Of a stretch of DNA of 32,000 nt, positions 19,051 to 25,078 are shown piece after piece (the stretch's first letter is position 1; each line of letters starts with the position of its first letter). The notes beneath the pieces were generated by a model. That model did not search any database. It worked only from the letters and a program-made list of their open reading frames with translations, and was not told the DNA's origin. A program made the position numbers and the translations under genes. Source of the stretch: Candidatus Brocadia sp. (GTDB lineage Bacteria; Planctomycetota; Brocadiia; Brocadiales; Brocadiaceae); the NCBI GenBank assembly GCA_021650915.1, contig CP091279.1:690001-722000 (forward strand), written 5' to 3'.

Positions 19051-20391
19051 TTACAGGTTGGTTAACTCAGAAACCAACCGATCGATTGATTCTTTGGTCT
19101 TCGTTTCCGTTACACACACAAGCATACTATTGGCCAGTTCAGGGTAAAATGCAGAGAGTTCTAATCCGCCAATGATACCCCTTTGCAACAGGTGTTCATT
19201 GATTTTTTGCATTGGGAGGCTATCAATGGATTTCATGACGAATTCATGAAAGAATGGCTGGGAAAACACCGGCTTGACGATATCCAGGGCGCAGAGCCTT
19301 TCATACGCGTAATGGCTTTTCTGGACGTTCAGCATGGCAAGTTCTGCCAGGCCCTTTTTCCCCAAAGCAGACAGATAGATGCACGTCCGCAGTGCCAGGA
19401 GCGCCTGATTGGTGCATATATTTGAGGTGGCTTTCTCTCTGCGGATATGCTGCTCCCTGGCCTGAAGGGTAAGGACAAAACATCGCCGCCCGTGATGATC
19501 AACCGTCTCTCCGGCAATCCTTCCGGGCATCTTGCGCAGCAGTTCCTTACTGACGGCAAAAAACCCCAGGTAGGGGCCGCCATAATTCAGATAATTTCCC
19601 AGCATCTGGGCTTCACCAATAGCAATATCAGCGCCGTACTCACCCGGCGGTTTCAGGATACCCAGAGAAAGAGGATTGACACAGGCCACAAAAAGGGCGC
19701 CGTGGCGGTGGGTAATCTGTGAGATAGTTTCCATGTCTTCAATACAGCCAAAGAAGTTTGGGTTCTGAATGAGCACGGCGGCAGTGGAATCGTCAATGGC
19801 CGTTTCCAGGTGATGGATGTCAGTTATTCCTTCCGGTGTGCCAATCTCCACGATTTCCGTATGCATCCCTTTCACATAGGTACGGAGCGCCTGTCGGTAT
19901 TCCGGATGGATTGCACGCGAGCAAATGACCTTGTTCTTGTCCTTCAGTCGAATTGATAATAATGCAGCCTCGGCAAATGCCGTTGAGCCATCGTACAGGG
20001 AGGCATTTGCCACGTCCATGCCGGTGAGTTCACACATGAAGGTTTGGAATTCAAAAATCGCCTGAAGGGTGCCCTGGCTTACTTCCGGCTGGTAGGGGGT
20101 GTAGCAGGTATAAAATTCACTCCTTGATGCCAGGTGATCGACCAGGGAAGGGATATAATGTTCATAGGCGCCAGCGCCGAGAAAGGAGATGCACTGGTCG
20201 GTATGGGTATTTTTTTCGCTGAAACGTTTTAGGGATTTTAATACCTGCGGCTCAGAAAGACCGTGAGGTAATTTCATCGAAAAATTTCTCAGGGTCTTGG
20301 GAATGTCCACAAGAAGCGGTTCAAGAGAGGGCAGCCCCATTTCGCGGAGCATCTTTTCTTTATCCCCTTTGGTATGAGGAATGTAATCCAT
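19051..20391 (-). CDS. gcvPA: Glycine dehydrogenase (decarboxylating) subunit 1
   Basis: 446 aa. The block FLGAGAYEHYIPSLVDHLASRSEFYTCYTPYQPEVSQGTLQAIFEFQTFMCELTGMDVANASLYDGSTA is characteristic of GcvPA. Confidence 0.9.
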   Translation of the reverse strand: MDYIPHTKGDKEKMLREMGLPSLEPLLVDIPKTLRNFSMKLPHGLSEPQVLKSLKRFSEKNTHTDQCISFLGAGAYEHYIPSLVDHLASRSEFYTCYTPYQPEVSQGTLQAIFEFQTFMCELTGMDVANASLYDGSTAFAEAALLSIRLKDKNKVICSRAIHPEYRQALRTYVKGMHTEIVEIGTPEGITDIHHLETAIDDSTAAVLIQNPNFFGCIEDMETISQITHRHGALFVACVNPLSLGILKPPGEYGADIAIGEAQMLGNYLNYGGPYLGFFAVSKELLRKMPGRIAGETVDHHGRRCFVLTLQAREQHIRREKATSNICTNQALLALRTCIYLSALGKKGLAELAMLNVQKSHYAYERLCALDIVKPVFSQPFFHEFVMKSIDSLPMQKINEHLLQRGIIGGLELSAFYPELANSMLVCVTETKTKESIDRLVSELTNL

Positions 20392-20478
20392 GTATCTTTG
20401 CTCAGGCGCTGAAAAATACCCGTAGTAAATTACGAACGCATCAATGAATTAGGCCTTCGACGACCCCCCTGTGTCAAT

Positions 20479-20532
20479 GTAGAGCGACGAGCCTCGTCGC
20501 CCTACAACCGTAACTCTGAAATTCCTATCCAT
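20479..20532. repeat. Palindromic repeat element, copy 3 (one mismatch, with tail)
   Basis: GTAGAGCGACGAGCCTCGTCGCCCTAC followed by AACCGTAACTCTGAAATTCCTATCCAT, which is homologous to the copy 1 tail. It lies about 90 nt upstream of the gcvPA start. Confidence 0.85.
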
Positions 20533-20608
20533 TAAAGTAAATATTGAAACAATAATAAGCAGGACAATCAACGAAAAAAGTATTTAGTTATCTGCTGTTA
20601 TTATTTGC

Positions 20609-20638
20609 TTGACACAGATTGTTAGGGCAATATATAGT
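20609..20638 (+). promoter_or_regulatory. Sigma70-like promoter facing the ORF-free region
   Basis: TTGACA at 20609-20614. The -10 box is either TATATA (16-nt spacer) or TATAGT (18-nt spacer). No ORF of 60 aa or more follows on the + strand before the terminators at 21246-21327. Confidence 0.4.
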
Positions 20639-20827
20639 GCACATAATTCACGCTCTTCACAAAGACATTGCCAACAATACCACGATAGAGCGATAAAGGC
20701 GAACCCCGAGTGCTCAGGGGGCGCAAAGTAACAGGGTCTTTCTGTGTACAAGGAGGTACGACTGAATAAAACAGGGACACACCGATGCGTCTCTGTTGCT
20801 GACAAAGGAATGGGACTGAGAAGAGAC

Positions 20828-20878
20828 AGCCTTGCTGCCGAAGGTATTGAGGGGGAGATTGGTGGTAAGGCTTTTTTT
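20828..20878 (+). terminator. Terminator-like structure
   Basis: AGCCTT (20828-20833) can pair with AAGGCT (20867-20872), enclosing an inner CCTT/AAGG hairpin. A T7 run follows immediately. The loop is long, so the call is weak. Confidence 0.3.
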
Positions 20879-20962
20879 GTTTGAACAAAAATGGTGACAA
20901 TGTAGTCTTTAGGAAAATCCAGAAGGGATGACATGATTATAGGAAAAACACATCAGCCATAT

Positions 20963-21027
20963 TTAACCCCGTAGGGGTGAAATATCGAGAACATAGCGAT
21001 ACTATGCCACCCCTTATACGGGGTTAA
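20963..21027. repeat. Imperfect inverted repeat (long hairpin or two local hairpins)
   Basis: TTAACCCCGTAGGGGTG (20963-20979) faces CACCCCTTATACGGGGTTAA (21008-21027). Each arm is itself partly self-complementary (CCCC..GGGG). Confidence 0.7.
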
Positions 21028-21245
21028 CCATAATTGCATACCCCTCGAATTGCGAAAGTCGGGCTAATAGCAATTCGTTTTCATGCAACCAAAATGCTTC
21101 TTTGAGATATGAGCGATAAGCCTATTTGTATTTTCAATGTTTTATACTCAAAATAGAACATTTCATTGGGAAAATACCGGCATGGAGAAAACCAGTTCCG
21201 TCATACTTATCGAAGGGGATAACTGGCATAGCCGTTGTTCTCTGG

Positions 21246-21270
21246 CCACGCCCACAGGGCGTGGTTTTCT
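21246..21270 (+). terminator. Intrinsic terminator-like hairpin
   Basis: CCACGCCC, loop ACA, then GGGCGTGG (8-bp GC-rich stem), followed by TTTT. Confidence 0.6.
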
Positions 21271-21298
21271 ACATTATTAATAAATAGAAAATCGACCT

Positions 21299-21327
21299 CG
21301 CACTTTTACAAAAAGTGCGTTTTCGTT
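21299..21327 (+). terminator. Intrinsic terminator-like hairpin
   Basis: CGCACTTTT, loop ACA, then AAAAGTGCG (9-bp stem), followed by TTTTCGTT. It ends 14 nt before the attB-like core copy at 21341. Confidence 0.6.
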
Positions 21328-21351
21328 CAGACACTACGTATGTCGTACCTG

Positions 21352-21379
21352 ATTATAAAAACGTATCATAACTGGTCAA
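21352..21379 (-). promoter_or_regulatory. Near-consensus sigma70-like promoter (left copy), reading leftward
   Basis: On the minus strand: TTGACC (21379-21374), 16-nt spacer, TATAAT (21357-21352). The predicted start falls inside the TGTCGTACCTG core. Confidence 0.45.
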
Positions 21380-21460
21380 AAGAGACAAGGGATAAATTGT
21401 CCTGGAAGTCCTGAGATTACAGGTTAGGTCAAAGAAAATAAAAAAACATCAAAATCCATA

Positions 21461-21675
21461 GCGCGGCACAGCCGCAACCAAATTTCCTCTATGAAAACGG
21501 GGAGATTGCTTCGGAAAAGGCCTCGCAATGACAGCGACCATGCACTTTGATGGCACACGGCACGTTGTCATTGCGAGTGAAGCGAAGCAATCTTTCACTC
21601 ATAAAAACCGGTACCTCCTGAGAGTGGTTTGTGAAAAAACTTACAAAAAAAAAGAAGTTTTCATACAGTAATACT
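21461..21675. mobile_element. 215-bp insertion relative to the right repeat copy, with flanking ATA duplication and a long internal hairpin (MITE/PATE-like)
   Basis: Absent from the otherwise identical copy at 30369-30519. ATA occurs at both junctions (21458-21460 and 21676-21678). The internal inverted repeat pairs AGATTGCTTCG..TCGCAATGACA (21503-21533) with TGTCATTGCGA..CGAAGCAATCT (21566-21593). No terminal inverted repeats were seen. Confidence 0.6.
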
Positions 21676-21764
21676 ATAAAAAAGCCTTAGTAATATTTTA
21701 TTGATATTACTGACAATTTTGCAACTCATGGAATATCAAAGGTATACAGAAAATAGGATTTTAG

Positions 21765-21788
21765 CATGTCGTACTTATGTCGTACCTG
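21765..21788. repeat. attL core
   Basis: CATGTCGTACTTATGTCGTACCTG, with an internal tandem TGTCGTAC-TTA-TGTCGTAC. It overlaps the last four codons and stop of the integrase gene. Confidence 0.8.
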
Positions 21789-22944
21789 CTTGAGCAACCA
21801 ATGGTAAAACCCGATTTTTGTCTATACCCAAAATATGGTCTGTTATCCGTTCTATAGCATTACGCTTAACGTCTATTTGTTTGTGACTATACCTCATGGT
21901 CGTAGTAATATCAGAATGGCCTAATAGCTCTTTAGTGGTCACAATGTCCGCCCCTGTGTCGCTCTGCATTGACGCAAAGCTATGTCTAAGATTATGGAAG
22001 GTAAAATTATCGATACCTAACTGTTTGAACAAAGCGCTAAAGTGCTTGCTATACCGGTTCACCATTGCATGAGTTATTTTTCTGCTTTCAAAGAGATAGT
22101 CACAGGTATGAGAGGTCTTATATTCCCTGAATGCCTTTGCCAAATAGCTTGATAATGGCATGACTACTAGTTTATTTGTCTTACTCTGGGTGAAGGTTAT
22201 TAAGCCTTTAGCAAAGTCAATATCCGTCCATTTTAAGCGTAAGACCTCGTTTAACCTCATTCCGGTAAAGAGACCGGTTAATATCATAAAACGATCTTTC
22301 CCGTGAAGTTTCTCAAAGAGCAAGGATACTTCTTCGTTAGTTAATACTTTGTCCCTGGTTTGTGCTACCTTTAGCCGTTTAATATCCTTGCAGGGGTTTT
22401 TGTCCAGAATTCCCGCCTTAATTGCTGTGGTAAACAAATGAGATAAGATCACGACATCATCATTAATACTGCCATCTTTAACGCCGTCTTTTTCTCTGCG
22501 GTCAATTCTGAATTTCTCGATAACAAACGGTGTTACCTTGTTAAGGGTATAATCCCCAAGATAACTGACCAATGTTCTTATGCTCCGTTCTTTTGCAAGC
22601 CGTGTATTCTCTTTTGCTGCCTTGTAAAATCCCAAATAAACCCCGGCATATTCCGCTAAGGTCAGGATAGCCTTTTTCCTGGGTAGATTCAATTTGCCCC
22701 GCTCCCTGTCACTGATAAACAAAGTTAGCCGTTTCTCTGCTTCTGTCTTATTCCGTATGTCCTTAAAGGTAAGCGATTGCCATTGCTTGCTATCGTCAAA
22801 AAACTCGATACACCATACACCACAATCTTTGAATTCACCGTTTGACCGTTTAGGCCGATCACTCGGACAATAACTCTTACCTGGTCTGCCACTGCAAGGG
22901 ATAAGCTTGCATTGTGGGAAATACTTCCGATACCTCACCGCCAT
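21775..22944 (-). CDS. int: Tyrosine recombinase / phage-type integrase
   Basis: Catalytic motifs are present: TGMRLNEVL (Arg), HNLRHSFAS (His-x-x-Arg) and LLGHSDITTTMRYSH (His..Tyr). The start is placed at ATG 22944 (MAVRYRKYF) after a GAAGGA SD. The ORF could extend to 23034. Confidence 0.9.
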   Translation of the reverse strand: MAVRYRKYFPQCKLIPCSGRPGKSYCPSDRPKRSNGEFKDCGVWCIEFFDDSKQWQSLTFKDIRNKTEAEKRLTLFISDRERGKLNLPRKKAILTLAEYAGVYLGFYKAAKENTRLAKERSIRTLVSYLGDYTLNKVTPFVIEKFRIDRREKDGVKDGSINDDVVILSHLFTTAIKAGILDKNPCKDIKRLKVAQTRDKVLTNEEVSLLFEKLHGKDRFMILTGLFTGMRLNEVLRLKWTDIDFAKGLITFTQSKTNKLVVMPLSSYLAKAFREYKTSHTCDYLFESRKITHAMVNRYSKHFSALFKQLGIDNFTFHNLRHSFASMQSDTGADIVTTKELLGHSDITTTMRYSHKQIDVKRNAIERITDHILGIDKNRVLPLVAQAGTT

Positions 22945-23432
22945 ATCACGCCGTCCTTCAAATAAAAAAAGGCAACAAGCTAACATGTGACAGCATGTCA
23001 GCCGTTGCCTTTTGTCGCCCGATTTCTCAGGCATATATTTTAGCGTCTGTCACCGCTTTCCTATTCTCTCGTACGTACTACCGTACCTTTAAACCCTTGT
23101 CAAGTGTTTTTGTCTATTTTTATTCCTTCCTTTTTCTTTTGACGGGTTGAAAAAAATGAGTGAAAAGAGATATCACATTCATCTATTTATTCTTAAATTT
23201 TAAAATTTTTGCGCCTGTTTCATCCGCTTTTCCAGTATTTTCCTAGCGTCTGATAAGATAGCTTATGTTACATTGCGGATATCAAGAATAATCTAAGTCT
23301 TGTGTTTGCATAGATATACGAATCGATACGCAATTTCCGACACCCCACCCCCCCAAAAAATTTGTTCACAAAGAGCCACGAGATATCCCATCTATATAGG
23401 CCGGGGAATTTTTGGTTTTTTTGAAGAGTCTA

Positions 23433-23461
23433 TTGCTATCCATTTTTATGTGTTGTATAAT
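23433..23461 (+). promoter_or_regulatory. Sigma70-like promoter for the small membrane-protein genes
   Basis: TTGCTA (23433-23438), 17-nt spacer, perfect TATAAT (23456-23461). The first in-frame ATG (23475) is about 7 nt from the predicted start, implying a near-leaderless mRNA. Confidence 0.5.
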
Positions 23462-23474
23462 ATTTTTGCAAAAT

Positions 23475-23666
23475 ATGACCAGGAAGCAAAGAGAAAGTAC
23501 CGCTAAATATTTGTATGACATAAGTAAGGGAATTGCCTTACTTACTGTTGTTGGAAATTTCGCAAAAGACAAGCTTGATATTCCTGTTGTTATTTCTGGC
23601 ATTATAGCAACATTAATAATTTTCTTTTGGGCTTATAGTCTGGAAAGGAATATACAAAATGAGTAA
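23475..23666 (+). CDS. Small two-TM membrane protein (63 aa)
   Basis: MTRKQRESTAKYLYDISKGIALLTVVGNFAKDKLDIPVVISGIIATLIIFFWAYSLERNIQNE has two hydrophobic helices. It is the only + strand unit inside the element. Confidence 0.45.
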   Translation: MTRKQRESTAKYLYDISKGIALLTVVGNFAKDKLDIPVVISGIIATLIIFFWAYSLERNIQNE

Positions 23667-23763
23667 TCTTGCGATACTTTTTATAATAATTTCCATAATT
23701 GGATTGATTGGAATATTTTTAACATATTACGGTCAACGAAGGCATTCTAAGCATACCCATTAA
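23659..23763 (+). CDS. Possible 34-aa single-TM peptide, overlapping the stop of the preceding ORF
   Basis: MSNLAILFIIISIIGLIGIFLTYYGQRRHSKHTH. Its ATG overlaps the last codons of the upstream ORF (ATGAGTAA), and its 3' end overlaps the methylase gene end on the opposite strand. It is below the ORF-track size cut-off. Confidence 0.3.
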   Translation: MSNLAILFIIISIIGLIGIFLTYYGQRRHSKHTH

Positions 23764-24571
23764 ACAAATTCCTACTCCTTACTACAGGTTCAAAGTTACA
23801 ATACAACACTTCCACGGTCTTTGGCTTTGATTCACCGGTCGATTTATGGCTACCCTTGAAGGATTGATATTCATATCTGTTCCAGCCAGCATAAAGATTG
23901 TCGTATAACTCATTGGCATAGTGCGAAACCATGATCTTGCCCTTTACCCCGTGCAAGAGTTCTGCAAGCCTGTAATGATCTTCCTGGCTAAAGGAATCCT
24001 TGCCGTAATAGTGTTCTGCATTCCAGTAAGGGGGGTCGGCATAAACCAGAGTTCCAGGACTGTCGTATCGCTTGATACATTCGGCATAGGGCAAATTCTC
24101 AATACAAACATTCCTTAACCTCTTTGCAATGTCGTCCAGCCCGCCGGTAGCATTCCGAAAACTTATTACTGGATTACGCCCGGTTATCGAAGGCACAGCG
24201 AAGCCCCCTCGCAAGACGTCCCCGGCAAATGATGCCTTTGATAAGAAAAAATAGCGTCCAGCTTTCTCGACATCGTCCTGTGTTTCAGTTTTCCTGAAAT
24301 GATTAAAGACGCTACGGCTATACGGTGTTTCATTAAGCAGTTTGATTAACCTTTGTCTCTTTTCATTGTTTTGAATTACCCGATACAGATTTACAAGGCG
24401 CTCATCCTTATCATTCAATATTTCAATCTGTGAGCGCTCTTTGGCAAAGAATAACTTTGCACCACCCGCAAACGGCTCAAGATAGCAAACGTGGTGCGGA
24501 ACATGCTGTAAAAGCCAGCATGTTAAGTAACCCTTGCTCCCAATCCTGCTTGTCACCGAGCGCAACAGCAT
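23747..24571 (-). CDS. DNA N6-adenine methyltransferase, Dam/D12 class (orphan)
   Basis: SAM-binding motif EPFAGGAKLFF and catalytic motif YADPPYW (DPPY). No adjacent restriction endonuclease candidate was found. Confidence 0.85.
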   Translation of the reverse strand: MLLRSVTSRIGSKGYLTCWLLQHVPHHVCYLEPFAGGAKLFFAKERSQIEILNDKDERLVNLYRVIQNNEKRQRLIKLLNETPYSRSVFNHFRKTETQDDVEKAGRYFFLSKASFAGDVLRGGFAVPSITGRNPVISFRNATGGLDDIAKRLRNVCIENLPYAECIKRYDSPGTLVYADPPYWNAEHYYGKDSFSQEDHYRLAELLHGVKGKIMVSHYANELYDNLYAGWNRYEYQSFKGSHKSTGESKPKTVEVLYCNFEPVVRSRNLFNGYA

Positions 24572-24781
24572 TCAATTAGCCTCTTGACGGTTTCGATTGA
24601 TAAATGCTTCCAGGTCGGAAAGTTTGAAACGATTCAAACGTCCGATTTTAACTACCGGAACCTTCTTGCGCATGCACATATCATACAGAGTAGAAACCTT
24701 TATTTTTAAGTAATCAGATGCCTCTTGCATGGTCATAAGTCCGCCACCATCTTCAACGACTTTCAATTCAGTCATTTGCAA
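24572..24781 (-). CDS. Excisionase/AlpA-like helix-turn-helix DNA-binding protein
   Basis: MTMQEASDYLKIKVSTLYDMCMRKKVPVVKIGRLNRFKLSDLEAFI fits the excisionase-family (MerR-like HTH_17) pattern. Its stop codon directly abuts the methylase ATG (TGAATG). Confidence 0.75.
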   Translation of the reverse strand: MQMTELKVVEDGGGLMTMQEASDYLKIKVSTLYDMCMRKKVPVVKIGRLNRFKLSDLEAFINRNRQEAN

Positions 24782-24790
24782 TCCTCCATT

Positions 24791-25078
24791 TTAGTTTGAA
24801 AAGAATTTATATCTTTTAATTATTTCTTCGTTTGCATTAAGCTCTTTTAATGTATCTAATATGCTTTGACCTCTATTCCACCAGTGAAACCGGCCTGGCG
24901 AATTAAAAGGAATCCTGAGAATGTCATTTTCAAGGTATGGCAAAGGTTTGATTTTGCCTTCCTTGATAAGCTTTAAGGCTTTTTCTTCTTTAAGGATAAT
25001 AGTCTGTCCAGGTTTCAAAGTTAAAGAACCACCCTCCTTTGTTTTTACCGTGAACGTTTTCAGTGCCTCATATTTCAT
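24791..25078 (-). CDS. Hypothetical protein (95 aa)
   Basis: The start overlaps the primase-helicase stop in an ATGA arrangement, suggesting translational coupling. No motif recognised. Confidence 0.55.
   Translation of the reverse strand: MKYEALKTFTVKTKEGGSLTLKPGQTIILKEEKALKLIKEGKIKPLPYLENDILRIPFNSPGRFHWWNRGQSILDTLKELNANEEIIKRYKFFSN

Larger units (their letters stand above)
21341..21709. repeat. Left copy of the attR-flank sequence (long direct repeat), interrupted by a 215-bp insertion
   Basis: 21341-21460 is identical by eye (120/120) to 30369-30488. 21676-21709 equals 30486-30519. It begins with a half-core TGTCGTACCTG. Confidence 0.9.

Noticed and set aside
20392-20600. A glycine riboswitch might be expected in the leader of gcvPA.
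   Set aside because: Reading the minus strand, I found none of the conserved glycine-aptamer cores (GGAGAG..CACCGAAGGGGCAA-type blocks). Only the palindromic repeat and a weak promoter-like TTGACA are present. Confirm with cmsearch.
20690-20770. Partial resemblance to a c-di-GMP-I (GEMM-I) riboswitch: AAAGGCGAACC, then a hairpin, then GGGGCGCAAAG.
   Set aside because: Several points argue against it. The first block reads GGCGAA rather than GGCAAA. The hairpin loop is not a GNRA tetraloop. I could not find a closing P1 helix or the 3' conserved block. No regulated ORF follows. It is kept only as something for cmsearch to settle.
20584-20934. Minus-strand ORFs of 116 aa and 92 aa in the ORF-free region.
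   Set aside because: The translations are low-complexity S/P/L/C strings with no SD and no motif. They overlap each other in different frames.
21047-21081. GAAAGTCGGGC resembles the RNase P RNA motif GGAAAGTCCGGGC, and GGGTGAAA lies nearby at 20975.
   Set aside because: One base is missing from the motif, and the order of the two motifs is the reverse of that in RNase P RNA. The other universally conserved blocks are absent. The motif is simply the loop of a 7-bp hairpin.
22945-23150. The N-terminal 30-codon extension of the integrase ORF (to 23034) and the + strand ORF 22914-23150.
   Set aside because: The extension (MPEKSGDKRQRLTCCHMLACCLFLFEGRRD) is not integrase-like. ATG 22944 has a plausible SD. 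The + strand ORF has an implausible composition.
23339-23362. Homopolymer tract CACCCCACCCCCCCAAAAAA upstream of the small-membrane-protein promoter, considered as a possible slipped-strand phase-variation site.
   Set aside because: It lies about 70 bp upstream of the -35 box and not within the promoter spacer or a coding region. There is no evidence of length variation from a single sequence.
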